DNA of 35,472 nucleotides, taken from the IMG/VR virus record IMGVR_UViG_3300028008_000050; one strand, 5' to 3'. How positions within the stretch are numbered: the first letter of the stretch is position 1; each line of letters begins with the position of its first letter. Shown one piece after another: positions 1 to 6,715 of this stretch. The position numbers and the translations under genes are program-made. The DNA comes from a virus. Below the pieces are notes generated by a model. It had not been told where the DNA came from and searched no databases. It saw only the letters and a list, made by a program, of their open reading frames with translations.

Positions 1-1
1 T

Positions 2-223
2 GCTAGTAGTGTTCGTGCTTATATTACACACGGAGTATTAAGTAACGAAGCATGTCAAAAGGTTGAGAAGTCAGTACTAGATGAATTAGTAGTTACTGAT
101 ACTATTCCTAATCGTTGTCCTAAGAACTGTAAGAAAACTAGACAAGTAAGTGTTAGTAACCTATTTGGCGAAGCAATACGCAGAGTTACTAATGAAGAAT
201 CAGTAAGTAGTCTGTTTGTATAA
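2..223 (+). CDS. prs: Ribose-phosphate pyrophosphokinase (PRPP synthetase), C-terminal fragment cut by window edge
   Basis: Frame 2 reads ASSVRAYITHGVLSNEACQKVEKSVLDELVVTDTIPNRCPKNCKKTRQVSVSNLFGEAIRRVTNEESVSSLFV*; the THGVLS, VVTDTIP and SVSxLF pattern is typical of the Prs C-terminus. Missing from the ORF track because the start is outside the window. Confidence 0.9.
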   Translation, partial: ASSVRAYITHGVLSNEACQKVEKSVLDELVVTDTIPNRCPKNCKKTRQVSVSNLFGEAIRRVTNEESVSSLFV

Positions 224-447
224 TGAATTGGGAAGTACAAGATTTTAGACCAAAGAAACCAGTACCAAGTTGGGCTGAATGGATTTGGCCAAGAGACATG
301 GCTATGTTTATCCTATGGCGATTATTCTTTTGGACTGTAATAATTCCTTTTGTTTTATTTGGTGCAGTACTAACTCCATTAGGACTCTTAATACAAATTC
401 TCGTAATAGATTACTTTACATATCTTCAGTGGAAGAACCAACAGTAA
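223..447 (+). CDS. Small hypothetical membrane protein (74 aa)
   Basis: Start overlaps the prs stop (TAATG); hydrophobic central segment. Confidence 0.7.
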   Translation: MNWEVQDFRPKKPVPSWAEWIWPRDMAMFILWRLFFWTVIIPFVLFGAVLTPLGLLIQILVIDYFTYLQWKNQQ

Positions 448-483
448 TAAATACATACACAGCATAGCAAAGGAGACAATGAT

Positions 484-993
484 TTGTCTGACGTACTTGT
501 ACTTAATGCAGACGCACAACCATTATCATATCTACCCCTATCAGCAATTCAATGGAAAGAAGCAATAACCTATCTGTGGATGGATAAGGTTACAGTATTA
601 GATTGGTATGATGATTGGATTGTAAGTTCTCCTACTTGGGAAACTCGTGTACCGGCTGTGATCATGCTAAAGCAACAACAACGTAAACGGCGGAAGCCTC
701 GCTTCTCTAAAGTAAACTTATACATTCGTGACTTATACACTTGCCAATACTGCGACATACAATTAATTAAAAAAGAACTTACCCTTGATCATGTTATACC
801 TTTGAGTAAAGGTGGACGTACATCTTGGGAAAACATTGTGGCGGCTTGTATGCCTTGTAACACTCGTAAGGGTAACAAAACTGCAATGAAACCTAAACGT
901 GAACCATATGCTCCAGACTATTACGATCTAGTTAACAAGCGTAAACAAATGGATCTAAAGATCAAACACCCTTCCTGGACCAACTACATATAA
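484..993 (+). CDS. HNH endonuclease (TTG start)
   Basis: RDLYTCQYC...LTLDHVIPLSKGGRTSWENIVAACMPCNTRKGN matches the HNH/zinc pattern; AAGGAG Shine-Dalgarno about 9 nt upstream. Confidence 0.93.
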   Translation: MSDVLVLNADAQPLSYLPLSAIQWKEAITYLWMDKVTVLDWYDDWIVSSPTWETRVPAVIMLKQQQRKRRKPRFSKVNLYIRDLYTCQYCDIQLIKKELTLDHVIPLSKGGRTSWENIVAACMPCNTRKGNKTAMKPKREPYAPDYYDLVNKRKQMDLKIKHPSWTNYI

Positions 994-1073
994 TAGTAGT
1001 ATTTAATTATACAACTTAAAGCCATTAAATAAGAGTGTAAATATATTTACACCTAACATGAGAGGGCTCTAGG

Positions 1074-1217
1074 ATGGATTTTCGTTTTACATTGATACTT
1101 CTATTTGCTCTTGCCATGTTAGCATTATTTGTCAAGCCAGGACATGTCCCCCAAGAAAAAATTTATGATCCAGACGAAAAGGCTTGGAACGAAGTTGACG
1201 AAATAATAAACAAATAA
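1074..1217 (+). CDS. Small single-pass membrane protein (47 aa)
   Basis: MDFRFTLILLFALAMLALFVKPGHVPQEKIYDPDEKAWNEVDEIINK; below the ORF-track cutoff; followed by hairpins. Confidence 0.6.
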   Translation: MDFRFTLILLFALAMLALFVKPGHVPQEKIYDPDEKAWNEVDEIINK

Positions 1218-1227
1218 GAATGCCCCC

Positions 1228-1283
1228 GAACACTTCCGAGTGTTCAGAAAACCCTCTATAATGATGTAGAGGGTTTTCTTTTT
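1228..1283 (+). terminator. Tandem hairpins ending in a U-rich tract
   Basis: GAACACT-TCCG-AGTGTTC (1228-1245), then AAAACCCTCTA...TAGAGGGTTTT (1248-1277) followed by CTTTTTG. Confidence 0.85.
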
Positions 1284-1292
1284 GTTTCACTC

Positions 1293-1321
1293 TTGACTTT
1301 TGCTAAAACCTGTGCTATAAA
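1293..1321 (+). promoter_or_regulatory. Sigma70-like promoter overlapping a TATAAATA late-type box
   Basis: TTGACT - 17 nt - TATAAA, continuing as TATAAATAAA. Confidence 0.6.
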
Positions 1322-1442
1322 TAAAACTGTTTGTATAATTGTTCGAATTATGCAAAGCATGGAAGTTGGGCAACGTTGAGCCCAATCTCTTTTAACTTGT
1401 GAGCGATGTGGTAAAAGCATCAAGCAGATAGGAGAAATAATA

Positions 1443-2402
1443 ATGGACGCACTCACCCTATGGATGGCAATCGGATTTCTTTTCGCGGCCTATTCAGTAA
1501 TAGCAAATGATTCAGTACAAACACTAGGTACATGGATCGCAAGTAATAACGATAAATTCAATTGGAAAATTATGTGGGGGTGTGCAAGTGCAGTTCTCCT
1601 TTATACATTGTGGTACGGTTGGACAGTAAATGGTGGAGACATCAGTTACGGTAGACTTAACAAGATACCGTTCCAAGAAATACAATGGTACCATGCGGCG
1701 GCACCAGGACTACTATTAATACTAACAAGAATTGGCGTACCAGTGAGTACGTCATTTTTAGTTTTAAGTGCCTTTGCAAGTACATTTGTATTAGAGAAGA
1801 TGCTCGTAAAGAGTATGATGGGATATGCAGTCGCGGCTGTGGCGGCATATTGTATTTGGATAGTGGTTACTAAACTACTAGATGAAGCAAAGCCTGTTAA
1901 AGAAGAACATAAGAAAGCATGGCGTGTAGCACAATGGGTAACAACAGGCTTCCTGTGGTTTACTTGGCTCAGTCATGACATGGCAAACATTGCCGTGTTC
2001 CTACCTAGAGAGATACCTTGGGACTTAATGGTTATTATCTCACTTGTATTTGTAGGCGGACTTGCTTATATGTTTAAAGAAGGCGGAGGTAAGATACAAA
2101 AGATTGTTATTGAAAAGCACAATACAAGATATGTTCGTAGTGCTACTATCATTGACGGTGTGTATTGGTTGATCCTTTGGTTCTTCAAAGAGTATAACGA
2201 TATACCTATGTCGACAACTTGGGTGTTCGTTGGACTATTATGTGGACGTGAACTTGCTATGGCAACTATGACAGGCAAGGAAAAGTTCAAGACAGTATTT
2301 CCACTTGTAACTAAAGACTTCATTAAGATGATGATTGGCTTGGGTGCTTCTGTGGGAGTAGTGTTAATGATACACTATGTTATCGTACCAAACGGATATT
2401 AA
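1443..2402 (+). CDS. Polytopic membrane protein, possibly PiT-like inorganic phosphate transporter
   Basis: About 9-10 hydrophobic segments; IANDSVQTLGT and HDMANIAVF resemble the paired AND..N..GT motifs of the PiT/PHO4 family; PVSTSFLVLS and PMSTTWVFVG internal repeat. Family assignment is tentative. Confidence 0.5.
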   Translation: MDALTLWMAIGFLFAAYSVIANDSVQTLGTWIASNNDKFNWKIMWGCASAVLLYTLWYGWTVNGGDISYGRLNKIPFQEIQWYHAAAPGLLLILTRIGVPVSTSFLVLSAFASTFVLEKMLVKSMMGYAVAAVAAYCIWIVVTKLLDEAKPVKEEHKKAWRVAQWVTTGFLWFTWLSHDMANIAVFLPREIPWDLMVIISLVFVGGLAYMFKEGGGKIQKIVIEKHNTRYVRSATIIDGVYWLILWFFKEYNDIPMSTTWVFVGLLCGRELAMATMTGKEKFKTVFPLVTKDFIKMMIGLGASVGVVLMIHYVIVPNGY

Positions 2403-2770
2403 AGTTTAATTTCTGTTAAACCATTTTCCCTATCAAGGTATTTAAAATCTATCTTGGTAGGGTTATATTTTTGCAACCAATCAAATACTATATTAGGATC
2501 AAATACTCCGCAAGTATATACATCAAGTTGTATCATAGCAGGATCTGTTTCATCCCATGTGTGTATTATAACATGACTAGTTTCTATAATAGTAGCAACA
2601 GTCAACCCTCTATTACCTTTCATATTACAATATTTGGCATATGGTCCCATTAGGATCTTCATACCTATTGCTTCTATCAAGGCTTTTACATCATTACTTG
2701 TAAGGGTTTCATCTGTTGGCGGATTAGTAACTTCCGCTCGAATTATCACATGTTTGTGAACTAACTGCAT
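2399..2770 (-). CDS. speD: S-adenosylmethionine decarboxylase proenzyme (SpeD-like)
   Basis: ETSHVIIHTWDET...QLDVYTCG matches the bacterial AdoMetDC core (ESHxxIHTWPE...DxxTCG) with pyruvoyl-forming Ser and catalytic Cys positions. Confidence 0.85.
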   Translation of the reverse strand: MQLVHKHVIIRAEVTNPPTDETLTSNDVKALIEAIGMKILMGPYAKYCNMKGNRGLTVATIIETSHVIIHTWDETDPAMIQLDVYTCGVFDPNIVFDWLQKYNPTKIDFKYLDRENGLTEIKL

Positions 2771-2832
2771 TTATGTCAGAGTTATTTATAACAAAGTTCT
2801 AATAAATACTCATATTACTGAGAGGGAAAACG

Positions 2833-3627
2833 ATGATACCAGAACAAGGGATTATGACTATGAACTTCAAGCAAAGAAGTTTATTGTTTGCAAAAATAAG
2901 CCAAATTGCTTACTTAAATAAAGCCAATGCTACAAAGCAGGCTAAAAAAATAGGTTTTACAACTGTAGAGTACTACGATGTAAAAGGAGCTCAATCTTAC
3001 CGTTTTATGAATAAACGTGATTTAGTTATAGCTTGTAGGGGAACAGAGCCAACACAATATGCTGATATTAAAGCTGATGCCAATGCATTGCCAGTTATAG
3101 CAGAAACAGTTAGTAGAGTACACAAAGGATTCAAAGGGCAAGTAGACGAGCTATGGCCAGCTATTAGAGAAGACTTAACTCGTACACAAAATAAAAATAA
3201 AGATGTGTGGTTTACAGGACACAGTTTAGGAGCGGCAATGGCAACTATTATGGCTAGTCGTTGTATGTTCTTTGAGCTAGTACCTAACCCAGAAGAACTT
3301 TACACATACGGATCACCAAGAGTAGGTTGGAAAGGTTACGTTGATAGTTTAGGCATTACCCATCATCGTTGGAAGAACAATAACGATATAGTAACAACTG
3401 TTCCTCTTGCAATTATGGGTTTCAAACATCACGGAACTATGCACTACCTAAACAGTTATGGAAATGTACGTAGACCTACTGGTTGGCAAATGATTAAAGA
3501 TAGATTACGTGGCATGTGGACAGGAATCAAAAAAGGAAAAATAGATAACTTTTCAGATCATTTGATTCATAACTACATTGAACATTTACAAAACTACAAA
3601 GACGGAAAAGAAAACCCACAAAAATAA
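2833..3627 (+). CDS. Class 3 lipase / alpha-beta hydrolase
   Basis: VIACRGTEP, VHKGF, DVWFTGHSLGAAMATIMASR, LYTYGSPRVG; canonical Lipase_3 signatures including the GHSLG nucleophile elbow. Confidence 0.93.
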   Translation: MIPEQGIMTMNFKQRSLLFAKISQIAYLNKANATKQAKKIGFTTVEYYDVKGAQSYRFMNKRDLVIACRGTEPTQYADIKADANALPVIAETVSRVHKGFKGQVDELWPAIREDLTRTQNKNKDVWFTGHSLGAAMATIMASRCMFFELVPNPEELYTYGSPRVGWKGYVDSLGITHHRWKNNNDIVTTVPLAIMGFKHHGTMHYLNSYGNVRRPTGWQMIKDRLRGMWTGIKKGKIDNFSDHLIHNYIEHLQNYKDGKENPQK

Positions 3628-3630
3628 AAT

Positions 3631-3819
3631 ATGACTCGTAAAACAAATACCATGTTGATAGGCCTACTTGGTACTATACTTCTAGGCTTAGCTTCATGGA
3701 CATTGATTACATTGATGGAGTTACAGATACTAGTTAGTATGATTGAACAAGACCTAATAAGTATTGACAAACAGTTTGGTCGTGTGTACAACTTTATAGA
3801 TAGTGTTAGACAACGTTAA
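3631..3819 (+). CDS. Small hypothetical membrane protein (62 aa)
   Basis: ORF immediately downstream of the lipase; one hydrophobic segment (LIGLLGTILLGLASWTLITLM). Confidence 0.6.
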   Translation: MTRKTNTMLIGLLGTILLGLASWTLITLMELQILVSMIEQDLISIDKQFGRVYNFIDSVRQR

Positions 3820-3821
3820 GT

Positions 3822-3895
3822 TGGCATAGGTGGAGGGAATCGAACCCCCATTAACTGGTTTGGAATCAGTTGTGTTACCATTACACCACACCCAT
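3822..3895 (-). tRNA. tRNA-Trp (anticodon CCA)
   Basis: Minus strand: ATGGGTG TG GTG...CAC A ACTGA TTCCAAA CCAGT ... GGGGG TTCGATT CCCTC CACCTAT G CCA. Acceptor stem pairs (one G-U); CCA encoded; 31-39 is an A-C mismatch. Confidence 0.85.
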
Positions 3896-3932
3896 AAAAA
3901 AAGCCCCTAATAAAATTAATTACTAGGGGCTT
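3896..3932 (-). terminator. Rho-independent terminator for minus-strand transcription
   Basis: Minus strand AAGCCCCTA...TAGGGGCTT (9 bp stem) followed directly by TTTTT, then the first nucleotide of tRNA-Trp. Confidence 0.85.
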
Positions 3933-3961
3933 CGCAATATAACTTTTTTTAGAAAGTCACA

Positions 3962-4015
3962 TCAAGACATACCCCTCAAGGGCCAACATAATTGTGTTCT
4001 GATAGTCTTTGACAT
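3962..4015 (-). CDS. Possible 17-aa leader peptide (speculative)
   Basis: MSKTIRTQLCWPLRGMS*, between a sigma70-like promoter and the terminator before tRNA-Trp; weak Shine-Dalgarno. Confidence 0.15.
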   Translation of the reverse strand: MSKTIRTQLCWPLRGMS

Positions 4016-4050
4016 GTTTGAAATTTTCCTGTGTTCTTAGTTATACATAT

Positions 4051-4079
4051 AATATAACATCTGTATTTAGTGTTGTCAA
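4051..4079 (-). promoter_or_regulatory. Sigma70-like promoter
   Basis: Minus strand TTGACA - 17 nt - TATATT, overlapping the iscU stop codon and pointing toward tRNA-Trp. Confidence 0.75.
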
Positions 4080-4456
4080 CCTTTTATTTTAGATTTATAA
4101 TCTTTTATTGCAGATTTAATTGCATCTTCGGCTAGAACTGAACAATGTATTTTAACTGGCGGTAATGCAAGTTCTTCTACAATGTCCATATTCTTTACTG
4201 CTGATGCTTCGTCTAGTGTCATACCTTTAACCATCTCAGTTACTAAACTTGAACTTGCTATTGCACTACCGCAACCATAAGTTTTAAATTTAGCATCTGT
4301 TATTATACCTTCTTCAACTTCTATCTGTAGACGCATAACATCACCACATGCTGGTGCACCTACCATTCCTGTTCCTATATTATCTTTCTTTGGATCAAAT
4401 GTTCCGACGTTGCGTGGGTTTTCGTAATGGTCAAGTACCTTTTCAGAGTATGCCAT
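4076..4456 (-). CDS. iscU: Iron-sulfur cluster assembly scaffold IscU
   Basis: MAYSEKVLDHYENPRNVGTFD...GAPACGDVMRLQIEV...FKTYGCGSAIASSSLVTEMVKG...LPPVKIHCSVLAEDAIKSAIKDYKSK; all three Cys ligands and the LPPVK HscA-binding motif are present. Confidence 0.97.
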   Translation of the reverse strand: MAYSEKVLDHYENPRNVGTFDPKKDNIGTGMVGAPACGDVMRLQIEVEEGIITDAKFKTYGCGSAIASSSLVTEMVKGMTLDEASAVKNMDIVEELALPPVKIHCSVLAEDAIKSAIKDYKSKIKG

Positions 4457-4499
4457 ATTAGCCTCGTGTAGTTATACTACATCTATTTATAACTTATAT

Positions 4500-4599
4500 T
4501 GGCTCTGGGGGAAGGACTCGAACCTCCACGATAAATAATTTGCCGTCATTTACCACACGAGAAACAATCGTGCGTGTCTACCAATTTCACCACCCCAGA
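4500..4599 (-). tRNA. Atypical long-variable-arm tRNA with GTT (Asn) anticodon
   Basis: Minus strand TCTGGGG TG GTG AAATTGGTAGA CAC G CACGA TTGTTTC TCGTG TGGTAAATGACGGCAAATTATTTATCGT GGAGG TTCGAGT CCTTC CCCCAGA G CCA. Acceptor 7/7; anticodon stem 5/5; variable arm GGTAAAT/ATTTATC; CCA encoded. Confidence 0.88.
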
Positions 4600-4605
4600 T
4601 TATTC

Positions 4606-5436
4606 TTATACTTTGTTAATCTTTTCTAGTGCAGGAATCATACGTGTTATACCTATGCCTCCGCCTACTCTTTGAAAGAAGTCAAACTCTAAGAACTTTT
4701 CTAGTTCCGCTTCAACTCTTTCCTTACCGAATAGTTTGAATAGTAACTCTGAATAAGCACCGTCTGTAATACTATGGAATGTATCACGCATCATATCAAC
4801 ATCACATGAGCGTTCTGCTGATCCAATAGTTTCCATACCACCTAGTATAACGTCCATCTTCTTTGCAGTATTTCCGTCATCGTTTCTAGCCATGTTCCAG
4901 AAAGGTGATGTTAGTTCAGGGAAGTTTGTAATAAGTGTTTGACCAAACTCTTTTTCCATTGCAAGTTCGTGTTCTGCTTCCATTTCTGTATCAGCACTTA
5001 GTCCAAAGTGTTGTTGCCATTCAGCATAAGTCTTTTCTGTAATGTTGCCAAAGCCTAAGTATTCACATAGTTCATACTCCATTGCTTTTAGATCATCTAC
5101 ATTACCTGGCATTTCAAATTCAAACATTGGAAATATTATATCATGTCTGCCTGGTATTGCGTTTGGTTCCTGTCTATAGGAAGTGGAGACACAAAAAAAC
5201 CCCTTACTATCGGGGCTACTTAATAATTCATGTTCTAACCACATCTGGCCTGTTTGCGGCAATGGCCAAACCTGGCCTGCGTAATTGTATGTTGCTACAT
5301 TGAATGGATCTTCACATGCGGCAAGTATGCTTAGTCTGTTTTGGGTATGGACTTCTAAAAATCCTTTATCCAAAAAAAATGACCTTAAAAGGCCAACTGT
5401 CTTCGTAAATTTATTTGGGGATATCAACTGCGTCAT
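4606..5436 (-). CDS. Truncated class II aminoacyl-tRNA synthetase-like protein (Asp/Asn type), or AsnRS-paralogue asparagine synthetase
   Basis: Motif 2-like FCVSTSYRQEPNAIPGRHDIIFPMFEFE and motif 3-like GGGIGITRMIPAL; about 276 aa with no room for the usual N-terminal OB-fold anticodon-binding domain. The ORF track extends to 5481, but the internal start MTQLISPNKF looks likelier. Confidence 0.85.
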   Translation of the reverse strand: MTQLISPNKFTKTVGLLRSFFLDKGFLEVHTQNRLSILAACEDPFNVATYNYAGQVWPLPQTGQMWLEHELLSSPDSKGFFCVSTSYRQEPNAIPGRHDIIFPMFEFEMPGNVDDLKAMEYELCEYLGFGNITEKTYAEWQQHFGLSADTEMEAEHELAMEKEFGQTLITNFPELTSPFWNMARNDDGNTAKKMDVILGGMETIGSAERSCDVDMMRDTFHSITDGAYSELLFKLFGKERVEAELEKFLEFDFFQRVGGGIGITRMIPALEKINKV

Positions 5437-5490
5437 TTTCTTTTTTTCCTTTTCATTAGTCAAAAAAAATTTGCTCAACAAGTGCCGAGC

Positions 5491-5661
5491 TTAATTTTCC
5501 TTCTCATTATTTATCCTCGCGACTCCTGTTTTGCCGCAATGCGGACAATGGAAAGTGTAACGTTCAATACGTAACTTTTCTTCCATTGTCGCATAGGTGA
5601 ACCAGTTAGAACAACTAGTGCAAGTTAAATGCCATATGATCTCTTTAACAGCATTAAACAT
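5491..5661 (-). CDS. Small zinc-ribbon protein (56 aa)
   Basis: MFNAVKEIIWHLTCTSCSNWFTYATMEEKLRIERYTFHCPHCGKTGVARINNEKEN; CxxC...CPHCG; below the ORF-track cutoff. Confidence 0.7.
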   Translation of the reverse strand: MFNAVKEIIWHLTCTSCSNWFTYATMEEKLRIERYTFHCPHCGKTGVARINNEKEN

Positions 5662-5823
5662 CTAATCTTGTAATCCTATACAAGGAATAAGAATAGATTG
5701 CTTACAGTTATCTGGATAAGCAATAGCTGAACCAAGTATAGGCATACCTACCATACCAATAATGATAATCAAGAACGCCCATCCTAGTCCTTTTAGTGTG
5801 CAATAATTAGTTTGCTCACTCAT
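5662..5823 (-). CDS. Small membrane protein (start MSEQTNYC)
   Basis: Overlaps the 3' end of the upstream ORF; hydrophobic GLGWAFLIIIIGMVGMPILGSAIAY. Confidence 0.6.
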   Translation of the reverse strand: MSEQTNYCTLKGLGWAFLIIIIGMVGMPILGSAIAYPDNCKQSILIPCIGLQD

Positions 5824-6109
5824 GTTCGCCACCTGCTCCGCGACCAAAGCCGCCAAAGTACTCTGGCTTACGTTTTGCAGTTTCAAATGTTGCAACAGTG
5901 ACCGCTATGGCACCAAGTAATAATGTGTGTAGTACCATACTGAACACACCCATGTACATGCTACCTACAATGATACCAAATACTGTACACCACATCCATG
6001 CAAGAACTTGCATAATCATATGTCGTGTACTAAAGTCTGGAATAACACTTAACGGATTCTTTTCATGATCCATTACTACATTCCAACTGTCGTATACCCA
6101 TTTCCTCAT
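5816..6109 (-). CDS. Small membrane protein (start MRKWVYDSW)
   Basis: Two hydrophobic segments. The track start at 6172 falls inside a promoter, so the internal Met is preferred. Confidence 0.6.
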   Translation of the reverse strand: MRKWVYDSWNVVMDHEKNPLSVIPDFSTRHMIMQVLAWMWCTVFGIIVGSMYMGVFSMVLHTLLLGAIAVTVATFETAKRKPEYFGGFGRGAGGEHE

Positions 6110-6143
6110 AAGAGTCTCCTTTTGCTTGTCTATACGTACGACT

Positions 6144-6172
6144 AATGTAACATAGGAATTGACGGTTGTCAA
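6144..6172 (-). promoter_or_regulatory. Sigma70-like promoter
   Basis: Minus strand TTGACA - 17 nt - TACATT. Confidence 0.6.
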
Positions 6173-6180
6173 CCTAAAAG

Positions 6181-6256
6181 TGGTGCCGGCACACGGACTC
6201 GAACCGCGGACCTACTGATTACAAATCAGTTGCTCTACCAACTGAGCTATGCCGGC
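6181..6256 (-). tRNA. tRNA-Thr (anticodon TGT)
   Basis: Minus strand GCCGGCATAGCTCAGTTGGTAGAGCAACTGATTTGTAATCAGTAGGTCCGCGGTTCGAGTCCGTGTGCCGGCACCA; full cloverleaf with encoded CCA. Confidence 0.97.
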
Positions 6257-6258
6257 CT

Positions 6259-6332
6259 TGGAGCGGGTGAGGAGAATCGAACTCCTATCATTAGCTTGGA
6301 AGGCTAAGGTCTTACCATTACACAACACCCGC
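6259..6332 (-). tRNA. tRNA-Gly (anticodon TCC)
   Basis: Minus strand GCGGGTGTTGTGTAATGGTAAGACCTTAGCCTTCCAAGCTAATGATAGGAGTTCGATTCTCCTCACCCGCTCCA; full cloverleaf with encoded CCA. Confidence 0.97.
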
Positions 6333-6439
6333 TCATGTGTTTAATATACATACTATATAGCATGTGTTCGGCTTAGTCAATCTCTTTATGAACAAGTTTG
6401 TTTATTTCTTTACTAAATACAACATAGGAACTGGATAAT

Positions 6440-6715
6440 ATGAGAAAACGTACAAGATCAATACTAGAAGAACTTAGTAGCTTTAGACAAACTACAGACA
6501 ATGAAGCACTCGTACAAACTACGGGTAATAACCTTATTGAAAGTTCTATTAACTTACTTAATCGCATTGCAGAACAATACGATGCTGAAACTGCTTCGGA
6601 CTTAGAAAGACGATTCATTAACAGTATACGTAGTGGCGACCCTCGCAAGTTCAAACGTGGTGTAGATAAAATTGTTGAATCACGCAACAAAAAGGATACA
6701 AACAATGATTCTTAA
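6440..6715 (+). CDS. Hypothetical protein (91 aa)
   Basis: ORF overlapping the start of the next gene in a co-directional block. Confidence 0.7.
   Translation: MRKRTRSILEELSSFRQTTDNEALVQTTGNNLIESSINLLNRIAEQYDAETASDLERRFINSIRSGDPRKFKRGVDKIVESRNKKDTNNDS

Noticed and set aside
1256-1456. 66-aa minus-strand ORF over the transporter leader
   Set aside because: Overlaps a terminator, promoter and leader; no Shine-Dalgarno or motif.
4500-4599. Calling this simply tRNA-Leu or tRNA-Ser from its long variable arm
   Set aside because: The fully paired anticodon stem fixes the loop as TTGTTTC, i.e. anticodon GTT, and discriminator G73 with U1-A72 argues against ordinary bacterial tRNA-Leu.
5082-5494. 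Plus-strand ORFs inside the synthetase-like gene
   Set aside because: Opposite strand of a gene with clear class II aaRS motifs.
6373-6705. 110-aa minus-strand ORF opposite 6440-6715
   Set aside because: The plus-strand ORF has better continuity with the next gene; the minus ORF shows no motif.
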